Assembly (NCBI GenBank): GCA_050613775.1
Contig: JBODTK010000135.1
Coordinates: 434,001 to 476,452, forward strand
Length of the DNA: 42,452 nucleotides
Origin: Neocallimastix sp. 'constans'
Lineage: Eukaryota
Reading direction: 5' to 3'
Shown: in pieces, positions 1-13,626 of the stretch
Layout of the letters: the number at the start of each line of letters is the position of its first letter
How positions within the stretch are numbered: position 1 is the first letter of the stretch
Translations under genes and position numbers: made by a program
The notes under the pieces: generated by a model
What the model was told of the DNA's origin: nothing
The model's database searches: none
What the model saw: the letters and a program-made list of their open reading frames with translations, nothing else

Positions 1-280
1 AATAAAAATAACAAATGGCATTTATTTATTAATTATAAATCATTAGTAAATTAATTATCATTAACTATAATTTTACTATTTTACATACAATATATCTTAA
101 TTATGTAAAATATTGAGTATTATAACTTTACAATTCCGAAATTGATTTTAATTTTTACTCTTCTAATTTTATTAATTATTTATTTCAAAACGGCATTGCT
201 AATAATTATTCTTATTTTTCAATAACAAAATATTATCATATTTTTATGGCCTTACATATTATTTTTAAAAAAAAATTTAA

Positions 281-603
281 TGAAAAATTTTATAATATTC
301 TTCATAATGAACCCATTTATAGATTTATATTAATTTAAATATAATATTTAAAGCTGGTAAAATAAAATTTATGGCAAATTTTTGTATTAATAATTATTAT
401 TTATATAATTGAAAACCCAGTTTATAGTTTTTACTTATAGTCAAGCTAAATAAACCCACAATACTATTTTTTTATAATTCTAATATATTAAATTATATTA
501 GATAATCACATATTTATATGTTAGCACATGGTTTATTATGAGATATTTTTGAAACTTTTAAAATTTTTAATTGGATTTATTTTTTAGAAAATTTAGCCAA
601 TCA
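281..603 (+). promoter_or_regulatory. Putative SSF1 promoter elements: RRPE-like TGAAAAATTTT (281-291), three AACCCA motifs (~310, ~414, ~453), CCAAT box (~597)
   Basis: Motifs seen upstream of the ATG at 737. RRPE is a known fungal ribosome-biogenesis element, but it is AT-only and could arise by chance here. Confidence 0.3.
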
Positions 604-736
604 TGTTAAATTATTATAAATAATAATAATTTTATAAATATTTTTTTTTTTTTTTAGATGTTTTTTTTTTTTATTATTATTTTTTATTGTTAATAAATCG
701 TTTTTAATTCAAAAAAAAAAAAATATCATTAATAAA

Positions 737-3260
737 ATGGGTAGAAGAGTAATTTTTTTTTTTTTTATAATAAATTTTAATACTATAATATAACTGAAAT
801 TTCAAGATTCAAATTCTTAAACTTTTTGGATTATCGTAGATATTATAATTGATTTAAAACTGTGAAAATAATATATTCGAATTTCAATTTCAATTTAACA
901 CTTAAAAATTTTATATTAAATATTATTATTTATTGGATTTTTGACTAATAAATGTTTTTTGCATAGAATAATTTCAATATATAATAAATTATTTAATTAA
1001 ATTGAATGCATTTTAAACATATATAATAAATAATATATAAAGTTTATCTATTTGATTTTTAATAATTTACTAATTATCAAAATAATTATTAAAAATTGAC
1101 TTAAAAAATGTTCGTCAATTAACATTATGAAATATGAGATTCCTATAGAAGATTAAATATAATTAATAAAAAAAAAAAAAATAAATAAATAACAAAACAA
1201 CAATATTTGTAATAAATTAATTAAATTTTAAATTTTAATTTTTAATTTTAATAAATATTTAAAAATTATTTATCAATAATTTAGAGAAAGAGAAGAACTC
1301 ATGTTCCAGTTGATGACGAAAAAGTTCCAAGATCTTTTGTCATCCGTTCTGGAGTTGTTGGTAGAGCTGTAAGTTATTTAGTAAGAGATGTTCGTAAAGT
1401 TATGGAACCGAATACAGCAGTGAAATTAAGGGTATAGAAAATATATATATATGTGTTATCATTAAATAAAAGAATTTTAAATTAATGAAATTTTGTTAAA
1501 ATATATAAAATAAGTATTCTAAAATTTTCAGAATTTTTATTAACACATAAATTATATAATTTATATACTTTATATTTTATTCTTTATTTTATATATATAT
1601 ATATTTTTCCTATATTCCTAATATTTTATAAAAAAAATAAATTTCTTTTTATCATTTGTCAATTACACAGGAAAGAAAAACTAACAAATTAAAAGATTTT
1701 GTATCAGTTGCAGGACATTATGGTGTTACACACTTTTTAATTTTTTCACAAACAAAAGTTGGTACAAATTTAAGAATAGCACGTACACCACGTGGTCCAA
1801 CATTAACTTTCAGAATTAATCAATATTCTACTATTAAAGATGTTTTATCTTTACAAACTAATCCAAGATCTAAAGGAACAGAATATAAAAATCCACCACT
1901 TGTAATTCAATTTTCTATTTTTTTAAAATTATATTAAGAATATAATATATTAATACAAAATTTGAAATTATTAAAAGAAAAAAAAATTATATGTTATTAT
2001 AATTAACATCAATCTGATTTTTATATAATATTCTATTTATTATGTTTTATTATATTAAATAGCTTGTATTAAATAATTTTGGTGATAATAGTAAACATAT
2101 GAAACTTATGGCAGCTATGTTCCAGAATTTGTTCCCACCAATTAATGTTCAAACCGTATGATATCTTTAAAAAATTAAAAAATTAAAATTAAAAAGTTTT
2201 TTTAATGTAAATTTTATTAAAGTATATGTTATTAATATAAATACATTATAATGATATAGATGAAATTGGGAGAAGCTAAAAGAGTATTATTATTAAATTA
2301 CGATAGTGAAACTGATAAAATAGATTTCCGCCATTACTATATAGGAATCAAAGTTACAGGTGTAAATAAATCCATTAAAAGAATTATACAAACCGAAATA
2401 CCTAATTTAAATAAATATGATGATATTAGTGAATATATTTTAAGGTATGAAAGTTAATAAAAGTAATATTCTAAGATTAAATAATACATTTTATTTAATG
2501 AAATTAAAGAAAAAAATAAAATAATAATAATAATAAATGGTTTTTATGAAATAATATTAATTTTTATCAATATATGTATATTTTGATTTTATAGAGAAGC
2601 ACACGCTTCAGAATCAGATATAGAAGATGGACCAGATTCAACTATTGTTATACCACAAAAATTATTAAATAGAAATCAAAGATCTGAACAAAGAGCTGTT
2701 CGTCTAACCGAAATTGGTCCAAGAATGACTTTACAATTAACTAAAATCCAAAATGGATTTTGCGATGGTTCAATTATATATCATAGATTCAGTAAGTTTT
2801 TTTTTTTTTTTATTTTATTTTTTTTTTTTTTCTATATTTATATATTACAAATATATATGTATATGAATTATAAATATTAATTAATATATATATTTATATA
2901 TATTGTTATTATTATTTATATATAGTTAAGAAAACTAAAGAAGAAGAAAAGCAATTAGAAAAACTTCATAATCAAAAAATAAAAGAAAAAGAAAAACGTC
3001 GTAAAGAACAGGAAGAGAATATTAAACGTAAACAGGAAGAAAAAGAAAGAATTGCTAATAATAATAGAAAAATGCAAAGAGATCTATTAAAGGCAAAATT
3101 GGCTCAACAAAAAGAAGAAATTCAAAAAAAACAAAACGAAGAAGATATAGAAGATGATGATGATGATGATAATATAAATGATGTTGAATTAATTGATGAT
3201 GATGAGGAGTTAGACTCAGAAGAAGATGATGGTGATAATGATGAAATGGATGAAGACTAA
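737..3260 (+). CDS. SSF1: Ribosome biogenesis Brix-domain protein Ssf1/Peter Pan (PPAN), 7 exons, ~399 aa
   Basis: Exons 737-748, 1285-1431, 1671-1901, 2063-2155, 2260-2444, 2595-2791, 2926-3260 join in frame via GT-AG introns (1200 nt). Translation MGRRRKRRTHV..VPRSFVIRSG..LVRDVRKVMEPNTAVKLRERKTNKLKDFVSVAGHYGVTH..RTPRGPTLTF..PPLLVLNNF..FQNLFPPINVQT..IDFRHY..AVRLTEIGPRMTLQLTKIQNG has the Brix-family motifs, then a K/E coiled coil and an acidic tail. Confidence 0.95.
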
Positions 3261-4009
3261 AAAAATTATAAAATAAAATAAAATATATATTTATTTCAAA
3301 ATTATTATAGTCTATTCATAACAATTATTTATTAAATATAAACTATTTATCAATAAAAATTTCATATATTTATTAATAAAATTTCCACTTTTTTTAAAAA
3401 AAAAAAAGAAATTCTTCGGAATAAAAGAAATATATTTTAGTTAATAATAAAAATTACTATTTCTTCTTTATATATATATTATATTCATATATATATTGAT
3501 TATAAATTTTAAATTATTTAAATTAATTATAATTATCAAATCTTAATAGCATTCATTAATAATAATAAAATTAAAATATTTAATAGATTTAAAAAAAAAT
3601 ATATATATGTATATATATTATTTAATTATTCTTTCAAATTTTTTAGAAGTATATTTAAAAATGTTTCGAGGTTTTTAGTTCAAATATAAATGCTTATGAT
3701 ATATATTGTTTAGAAAATAATTCTAGGAATTAATTCAAATATAAATACTTATATAGAAAATCAATTATAAGGATTATTAAGATAAAATTAAAGCTTTTGT
3801 TATAGTAATATTTAAAATTTAATATTAATGATTATATTTATTATAATAATCCAATATAATTTTGTTTATTTATTTATTTATTTAAATAATAATTATTGCA
3901 GTAGTAGTAGTAGTATTGTAATATTATTAATATTAATATTATTATTGTGGTTGTGGTTGTATTATTATTATTATTATTATCATTATTATTATAGAGTGTG
4001 TGTGTGTAA

Positions 4010-4443
4010 AACAAAATAAAATATAAATATAAATAAAAATAAAAATAAAAATAAAAATAAAATAAAATAAAATAAAATAAAATAAAATAAAATAAAATAA
4101 AATAAAATAAATAGTAGAATATTAAATATAAAGTACAGATGGAATAAAATAAAATAAAATAAAATAAAATAAAATAAAATAAAATAAAATAAAATAAAAT
4201 AAAATAAAATAAAATAAATAGTAGAATATTAAATATAATATACAGATTGAATAAAATAAAATAAAATAAAATAAAATAAAATAAAATAAAATAAAATAAA
4301 ATAAAATAAAATAAAATAAAATAAAATAAAATAAAATAAAATAAAATAAAATAAAATAAAATAAAATAAAATAAAATAAAATAAAATAAAATAAAATAAA
4401 ATAAAATAAAATAAAAATAAAAAAAAAAAAAAAAAAAAAAAAA
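4010..4443. repeat. (TAAAA)n pentanucleotide microsatellite with a twice-repeated ~35-bp interruption, ending in poly(A)
   Basis: Direct reading. The interruption 'atagtagaatattaaatataa.tacagat.gaataaa' occurs at ~4111 and ~4218. Confidence 0.95.
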
Positions 4444-4571
4444 CTATTTTAATGAAGAATTCAAAAATTGATGCCAACATGATTATATATAAAATTACTT
4501 TATATAAATATATAATATTCTACTATTTTTTTAATTGAACTTTATAAAAACATAAAACATATAACAAATAA

Positions 4572-4703
4572 ATATTAGAACAGGAAAATGAAATAAAAGA
4601 AAGTATGTTTTATATTGAAGATTTGGATATAAATACCAAAGCTGATGATCAAATACCCAACGATATGACATTTAACAAAATGATATCATCGTCCAAAATT
4701 ACT
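4572..4703 (+). pseudogene. Inactivated duplicate of RasGEF exon 1, within a ~1-kb duplicated block (~3890-4880 vs ~6150-7120)
   Basis: Aligns without gaps to 6805-6936 with 16 substitutions in 132 nt. The start codon is ATG>ATA and the splice donor is GT>TT. Flanking UTR, intron and microsatellite context are also duplicated. Confidence 0.9.
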
Positions 4704-4912
4704 TTAAATTTCTTTTTAATAAATTCCAAACATTGATTAATATTTCACTATTGAAAGTCAAATTAAATGAAATTCAATATATATTTGTATTATTTTTGTT
4801 CTATATTAATATAATTTTGATATATATATATATATATATTAATATAAAAATCAAAAATTCAATGAAATAATTTTTCATTACTAATAAATGCTAACAGAAA
4901 TTCATATATATA

Positions 4913-4960
<48 letters not shown>

Positions 4961-6146
4961 ATATATATAAATATATTTATATTTTCATTTTTATAATTCA
5001 AAAAACTAATTTAATTTTTAAAAACAAAATAATGACAAACTTTAATAATTAATAAAACACTTTGAAAATTTTATTTAATACAAATTATAAACATTTAAAT
5101 TAATCTGTTTTAATAAATTCATAAATTTTTATATGATTTAAATTATGTATATAATTTTACTTTTTTCTTTATTAAATAAATTTAATTTATTATATAAATA
5201 TAAATTATATATAAAATAATTAAATTTATATTTTATACTTTGTTTTTTTCTTTCTATCTTATTAAATATATTATATTATATATAACAAAAAGATAATAAA
5301 AAATGAAAAGTAATATTTGATATTTAATTAAAGAAATAGAACTTATTATATTCAAGAAAAAATATAATTCAATGTAATATATATTTGTTTTGAATAATAT
5401 TAGTTAATCAAAACAAAGTTAAAAGGATAAATATAATATAACAAACAAATAATAATAATAATTTATTTATACACATTTTATATGAATAATTACTCAGTAA
5501 GATATTAATGGCAAATAAAATAGTATTACTCTATAAAGAAATATTCTATAGTATTCAATATATATTTTAAATATATATAGATAAATACCTTTTTAAACCT
5601 ATTTTTTATTAGGATATACTACAATATATATGTATATATGTTGAAAGAAAAAAAATATTTAAAGGAAACTTTATTTAAAAAAGTAATAAATAATATAAAT
5701 TTTAAAATATATGTATTCAAGTCAAATTTTTAAGAAAAAAAATTTTATAAATAAAAGTATTAATAATAAAATAAAATGACATAAATTAAATATAGCCCAA
5801 ATTTAATTCATTACTTTATTGATTTATATGTTTAATATTTATTATTTTTAAACAATAGAAACAAAATATATGAAAATTTATAATGTAATGAAATAAATAA
5901 TAATACTAATATTACTTCTTTATCTAATATTGAATTATAATTACTTAATATATAAAAACTTCAATTTCTTTTTTTTTTAAATTTTCTTTAAAGACATTTT
6001 TAAAAATACATAATTCATATAAAAAGTTTTTAAAATTAAAGTTCAACGTTTATTCAATATAAGAACATTATATAAATGAAAAAAAGGGCTTCATTGAGTA
6101 TCAGTACAATAAAGATACTGAAATCTTTAAAGGTTTCTTTATTATA

Positions 6147-6592
<446 letters not shown>

Positions 6593-6804
6593 AGAGAGAG
6601 AGAGTAAAATAAAATAAAATAAAATAAAATAAAATAAAATAAAATAAAATAAAATAAAAAAAAAAAAAAAAAGACAATTTTAATAAAGAATTCAAAGATT
6701 GTTACCAACAGGATTATCTAATATAAAATTATTACATTTCAATATATAATATTTTTACTATTTTTTTTTTTTATCGAACTATATAAAACACATAACAAAT
6801 AAAA

Positions 6805-7699
6805 ATGTTGGAACAGGAAAATGAAGTAAAAGAGAGTATGCCTCATATTGAGGATTTGAATATAGATACCAATGCTGATAATCAGATACCCAACGATAAG
6901 ACATTTAACAAAATGATATCATCGTCCACAATAACTGTAAATTTCCTTTTAATAAATTACTTATATTGATTAATATTTCACTATTAAAAGTCAAATTAAA
7001 TGTTATTAAATTCAATATATATATGTATTATTTTTGTTCTATATTAATATAATTTTGATATATATATTTTGATATATTAACATAAAAATCAAAAATTAAT
7101 GAAATGACTTTTCATATTAAATTGTATATTGAATAATTTCAACGATTAATATAAAAAAAAAAAAAAAAAAAAAAACAGGATCCTGGAAATGCAAATATTG
7201 AATGTGAAAATTATTATGTATCAGTAAATAAAAGTAATACTTTACCAATTACAAATTCAACGCATTTAAGTGAAAAAAGGTTATCAGAAGTAGAGGAGCA
7301 AGACAAAAAAAAGGTTTTATCTTATCATAATTATTAATATTTAATAATATTAAAAAATCCTAATGATTATTCATTAATATTAAAATAAATCTATTTTTCT
7401 TATTTATACTTGAATAAATAGTCAATAGATGAAATACAGGTAATTTATATCATTAATATTAATACAATTTATTATATCATTATTTATTTATATTATTTAT
7501 ATTGTCGTTGTTCGTAAAATCATTTGATTCGGTTTAATATAATATACAATCTATACAAATAGTAAAATTAAATAAATTATTAAATTATTGTATTCTTTAC
7601 ATAATTTAATATAATATTTTAAAAATTAAACAAAAAAAAAAAAAAAATAGAAATAAAAATAGAAATAGAAATAAAAATAAAAAATAATATAGTAGTAGA

Positions 7700-7775
<76 letters not shown>

Positions 7776-8215
7776 ATAAAAAGAAATTACTTCAAAATAC
7801 ATAAAAATATGGAATAAATATAAATAAAATAAAAATAATATAATATAATATAATAATAATAATAAAAAGGAATTATTTCGAAATACAAATAAAGTTACAA
7901 GAACAAATTTGGATGATTGTATGTGTTCGCCGAATACATCTGATGTGGTATGAATAGCAAAATATAATAAATATTATAATAAATAATAAATAATAAATAA
8001 TAAATAATAAATGTTATAAATAAAAATGAGAAAGTTTGATTAAATATTATTTCAAAAAATAAAAAAAATTCAAATAAGTTATCATAATTAACATTTTTTA
8101 TTTTTAATCTTAATATATTTACATATTACCAAATTTAATTAAAGAATATTAATATATTTGAAGTGGATCCAAAAGATATAGCGGTAATTAACTTCAAAAC
8201 AAAACAAAAACAAAA

Positions 8216-8250
<35 letters not shown>

Positions 8251-10178
8251 AACCATACACAAAATATAATATTATTAATTATGTTAATTTCAATAGAAAA
8301 GATAATTAATTAATAATTATATTATTAATAAAAATAATTACTATTACTTTTAATTTAATATCAAAAATTCCAAAATTTTTGTTGTCATAATATATTATTT
8401 AATTATAATAATGAATGATGTATTTATGCATTGGTATAAAATATAATAATATAAAACTAATAGCGACAAATGTGTTTAATGAATGCAAGAATTTTTAAAC
8501 AAATAACTCAAGATGAATTACTATCTTTGGCATGGAATAAACCAAATAAAAAAATAAAAGCCCCAAATATTGTATTAATGACTGAGCAATTTAATAAGGT
8601 TTATGCTTATTAATTTTTTTACACTTTAACATTTTATTAAAAAAAAAAAATTAAAAAACTAAATAAATGCAATCAAATAATATACTAATATACTATTCTA
8701 TAAATTAATATTCTTTACTAACTAATTTAACATAAAATGATAAAAAAGATAACACTCTGGGTTAGTAATAATATATTATCTTCATCACTGCCATCAGAAC
8801 GAACCCATAAAATAGCAAGATTTATATACATAGAAAAAGTTAGTTTAATATATTTGCAATTCAATATTTAAATATTAATTCCAATTTTAATTAAATAAAA
8901 TGAATATATGATAACTAAATTTTCGTTATCTATATTTTTAATATTTCACACCTCAATAAAAACTATTATTATCATTATTATTATTACTATTATTACTATT
9001 AATATCACTATTACTATTTCTATAGGCATGTTTAAAAAATAATGATTTTCATAGTTTGAAAAGTATAATATCCGCATTAGAATCAACACCAATTCATAGA
9101 TTAGAAAAAACATGGATGGTTAATATGACTATTATATTAATTCGTTATATTTGAAAATTTATATACATTTATAATATTAATAATATAATATATAACTTTT
9201 TATATTAAATATATATTTAAATGTAAAAAAAATTATATTAAAATTAAAACTATATTACTGTTTCCTTTTTTAGCTACTGCCAAAAAAAGAAAAAGCGAAA
9301 CACAAAAAGTATGCTACATTAATGTCAATGGAAAGAAATTCTGAAGAATATCGGAAATATTTTCAAGAATGTAAAGGTGCAAAAATACCATATTTAGGTA
9401 ATTTATTTATTTATTTATTTATTTATTTATTTTTTATATATCAATATATCAATTAATATTAATAATTATATAATAAAATATGAACAAATCATTAAAATAA
9501 ATTATTAATTAAATTAATAAAATTTTTATACATTTTTATAAAATTTAAAAAAAAAAAATACAATAAAATTATATAAAAAAATATTAATAATAAAAAAAAA
9601 AAAAAGGTTTATATTTAAGTGATATAACATATTTATTTGAAGCAATAGAAAAAGAAAAAACGTTATCACAAGTAAAATTAGAGCAAAAACTTAAAGTAAC
9701 ATTAAATACTAATATTTACATATAATGATATAATTATAAAATAGTAATAATAATTGGATTATACCTTACTAATTCATTCAAAAATTTAAAATATTAAAAG
9801 TTGGATAAATTACTTGCAGAATTTGAAGAATTACAAAAAGCTGCTAATTATCAATTTAATGAAATAAAATGGATACAAAATGAGTTAAATTCAGAAAAAT
9901 TTATCAACGAAATACAACAAACCCAAGATGAACATTATTTAACAAGCATTCAATTAGAACCAAAGAAAAATAGTAAATAAATAAATATTTAAAAAAGAAA
10001 TATAAATAAAAAAGAAAATTATATATTAACTTTTTTTTTGTTTTGTTTTCTATTTTGTTTTAATTTGTAATTAATATATTTAGAAACTGACCAAGATTCA
10101 GTAAGTGATAGGCCTACCCATAATCTTTCAGTTAAATCAGTTTTAAATAAACTTATAAATAATCATCAAAAAGAATGA
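6805..10178 (+). CDS. Ras-family guanine nucleotide exchange factor (CDC25/RasGEF domain, RalGPS-like), 12 exons, ~399 aa
   Basis: Exons 6805-6936, 7179-7313, 7422-7439, 7870-7947, 8145-8183, 8464-8598, 8749-8838, 9026-9118, 9274-9397, 9607-9695, 9801-9972, 10084-10178 are in frame (1200 nt). The translation contains DPKDIARQMCLMNARIFKQITQDELLSLAWNK..APNIVLMTEQFNKITLWVSNNIL, NNDFHSLKSIISALESTPIHRLEKTW, IPYLGLYLSDITYL and YLTSIQLEPK, which are the CDC25 conserved regions. The N-terminal exons are less certain. Confidence 0.9.
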
Positions 10179-10333
10179 ATATTATATACTAAATATAATA
10201 TAAATATATATTATTAATATTTTCTATCAATTATATTAATGAAATTATACTCAAAAAATAAGAATAAAAAAAAAATAAAAAAATAAAAAATATAATAAAA
10301 AAAAAATAAAATCTTTTCTTTTCTTTTCTTTTT

Positions 10334-10364
<31 letters not shown>

Positions 10365-10693
10365 TTTCACCAATACAAATGTTATAAATAACCTCACAAA
10401 GAAAATAAAAATATTCAAAACTTTAAATTAAAAAAAAAAAAAAAAAGAAAAAAAAATTAGAAATGTATATATTTATATATTAGAAAATCAATACTAATTA
10501 TCAAATTATATATTTTACAAAACATATAAAAAAAATTACAATATAAATGGATAATTCTAAAAATTCTAAATTAAGTAATTAAAATTAAGTACTATAAAAT
10601 ATATAGTATTTAAAAAAAAATAATAAAAAATAAATAAATAAATGACGAATAATATAAAATGTTAATTTAAAGAAAAATGGAGAATTCTATTAT

Positions 10694-10767
10694 TTATTTT
10701 ATATTTGATGAACTAGGTTTTGATGATTTTATTTTGACTATTAGCATTTTAGGAATTTTCGGTTTAA

Positions 10768-10825
<58 letters not shown>

Positions 10826-11490
10826 ATTATTATTAAAACTTTTTTCACTATCATCAAAATTAAAATTTTCTTCATTTTCAATGAATTTTTCTTTGCCTAT
10901 ATTTTTTAATAGGAAGAACATTTACAACACCAGAATCAATTATAAGCTTTTTATCTCTTAAGTCTGTTTCATTTTCGTTTGTCAATTTTATATTATCAGT
11001 AAAATTTATATTATTAACAAGAATATTAATATTTTTCTGAAAATTATTATTATTTTTATTTATATTTTCTTTTAAAATTGCATTTTCTTTTAAATTATTA
11101 ATTTTATTATTGTTAATATCTTAATTATTTTTGAGTAAAATGTTAATTCCATTTGAATTATTAATTTCAATTGAATTAATATTTTCATTAAAATAATCTT
11201 CTTCAATTTCATTATTTTCAATTGACATGTTATCTTCTGATAAGTTATTGTTATCTTCTGATAAGTTATTGTTTTCTTCTTTTATACTATTATTTTCAAT
11301 AAAATTATTATTTTCAATTAAATTCCCCTTTACATTATTACTCTCATTTAAATTTTTTATCGTTCAATTTACTATTATTTCTTTTTTCTTTGTCAATTTC
11401 AATTGAATTTTTGTCTTCTTTTAAAATATTATTTTTGCTCATGTTATTATCATATTTCAATGCTTTTGTCTTCTAACACCACCAAAAAGA
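10694..11490 (-). pseudogene. Decayed N/E/K-rich coding relic, probably transposon-derived
   Basis: The minus strand reads EENNNLSEDNNNLSEDNMSIENNEIEEDYFNEN..., with stops, frameshifts and a poly(T) insertion. It includes a 21-bp tandem duplication (11229-11270) and a KLIIDSGVVNVLP stretch reminiscent of a retroviral-type protease DSG motif. Confidence 0.35.
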
Positions 11491-11529
11491 AACTATATTT
11501 ACTGAGAGTATATTTATATTCTAAATTAT

Positions 11530-12180
11530 CATTAGTAATTAGTGAATTACCAGGAATTGTGGATACCAATATAAAGGCCATACATACCAGAGATTTTTAA
11601 GTTTATATGTCTCAGTACTGTTCAATAATGATTGAAAAATGGATAGGATTTAAAGAAAAAATTCAGGAATGAACTATTACCGACATCTTGACGAACGACA
11701 AATACAAATAGGATTAAATATTGAATTAAAATGAGTTAAGTCTGTCACATTTTTCAGAGTTCCAACCATTAATGTTCCAGTTAATACAAAGGTTAAAAAA
11801 TTGAATAATTGAGAAGGGATTAGTAAACAGAAGACTATCGGAGATAGGAATTGTGGATTCAGAATAATGCCTGATTCTATTATAATTAATACTGTTAAAT
11901 GTGCAAATCCTTGGAGTAATATTCAAATTTATTCTATTAATAGAAAATTATTTAGTAATAATAAATATGACTTTCATATAATCCTTCATGTTAATATAGC
12001 TAACTCTAAAGATGAACAGTGTTTTTTAACAATTCCATGAATAATTTCATTAAATTTTGATTTTTTTTTTTATTTAAGAAGTCTCATAATATATTTTCAA
12101 TCCAAAATTCAAAGTTATGAATGAAAATTAAAGCAATTTTTTCATGGCCAGAACCAAACTTTTCAGACCTCTACGTATAA
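11530..12180 (-). mobile_element. Degenerate non-LTR retrotransposon (LINE) fragment: N-terminus of an APE-type endonuclease (ORF2)
   Basis: The minus strand encodes LCINWNINGWNSEK (~11750-11790, the APE 'W-N-x-x-G' motif I), then a frameshifted NPICIC..QDVGN (motif II 'I.LQET'-like) and SGMYGLYIGIHNS (motif III 'GV.I'-like). It is interrupted by stops and frameshifts; the boundaries are approximate. Confidence 0.7.
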
Positions 12181-12528
12181 ACATTTTAAAATAAAAACTA
12201 AGCTATATTGATAAAAAAAATTATTATAAAATAAAATAAAAAAATTAATAAATATAACAAAAAAATAATAAATTAAAATTAAAATATAAAAATAAAATCT
12301 TTATTGTGGTCTTTTTTTTCGAGATATTTTTATTTGTATTTATTTCACTAGGATTTACAGCATAATAAAAAAAAAATTAAATTGCTAGTTAATAGTTTTA
12401 ATTGTAAAAATTTTGTATAAAATTAAGTTTTGATTTTTTATAGTTCTCAATTGACTCTATAAATATTTAATCATATAATTATTAATAAAATAAAATTTTA
12501 TTAATAATTATTATTTTTTTTTTTAAAA

Positions 12529-12559
<31 letters not shown>

Positions 12560-12653
12560 TATAAAGGATGTTAAATATCAATAGTATATTAAGATAAACA
12601 ATTACAATAACCAATTGTATCAAAAATATTCATTATACAATATTTTGATTTTT

Positions 12654-12766
12654 TACCATCAACCCTTGATGCCACGAAAATTAAGATGGTATTCTCTCAG
12701 TGAACCCCATATAAGGTGATACGTCCCTGAAGGGAATAAAGATTTTTTAATATTAAAAAATCTTTA
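12654..12766. other. GC-rich structured island (candidate ncRNA or element terminus) plus a 30-bp perfect palindrome
   Basis: About 45% GC over 12655-12734 within near-pure AT flanks. It has several stems and box C/D-like motifs. The palindrome TAAAGATTTTTTAATATTAAAAAATCTTTA lies at 12737-12766. Confidence 0.4.
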
Positions 12767-13282
12767 AATTAAAAGTTGAATTAAATTTTCATTTCACTTT
12801 TTGATATTTTTTTAATAATATTCTTTATTCTTTTTTTTTTTATATATATATATATATTAATATAATTTATTTATATTCATGATTATTTTTTATATCAATT
12901 TGTATTATTTATTATTGTGTTATTATTTTTATTATTATTTAATATTTAAGATTTATATAATATTTACTTTATATAATTATTAATATTTATATTAATTATT
13001 TTTATTTAAAATTATCTTGATAAACTATCTAATAATAAAAAATAATAAAAAGAAAAAAAATTTTTTTTTTAATATATAGTACAATGCTAGTTTTAAAATA
13101 CATTATTTTAGTAAAAATTAAAATAAATATTTAAAGATATATTAGATTATATTAGATTAAAAAAAAAATTCATATTATTATTTTAATTATTATTATTTTA
13201 TATATCCATTATATTTTATATATACATAAGTATTAGTTATTAGTATTGGTTATTGTTAAGATTTAGTATCTGTTTATAAAAA

Positions 13283-13313
<31 letters not shown>

Positions 13314-13626
13314 ATATTAAAAATAAAATTTAAAAAAAAAAAAAAAAAAAAAATTATATATATATACTATATCACATAAATAGTATTATATATATTAATT
13401 AATATTATACTATTTTAATAAATTAAAAATTTTTAAATCATTAAAAATTAAAACTATTGTATATTATTTTTATTTCATAAGAATATAGATTAAACTATTA
13501 ACATACATTAATTAATAAATATATATATATATATATTTAAAAAAAAAAATAAATAATTAAATATAAAAAAAAAAAGATCTTCATGTTAAATAATAAATAA
13601 CAATATATATATATATATATATTATT

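Noticed and set aside
749..1284. Intronic snoRNA in the long SSF1 intron 1 (also checked GET5 intron 37086-37817)
   Set aside because: No convincing C/D or H/ACA box arrangement is visible by eye. It would need an Infernal/snoscan search.
3828..4480. ORFs 3828-4019 and 4229-4480 (FYFIL repeats)
   Set aside because: Microsatellite translations.
4572..4703. RIP (repeat-induced point mutation) signature in the duplicated exon
   Set aside because: Only about 3 of the 10 C>T/G>A changes are in CpA/TpG context and the functional copy is intact. General AT mutation bias is sufficient.
12660..12715. TPP riboswitch (minus strand GGGGTTCACTGAGAGAATACC), hammerhead/HDV ribozyme, or rRNA fragment
   Set aside because: The CUGAGA-AUAC half is present but the pyrophosphate-binding arm (ACUUGAU..GGAUAAUACC..GCG) is missing. 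Ribozyme cores are incomplete and the rRNA resemblance needs many gaps.
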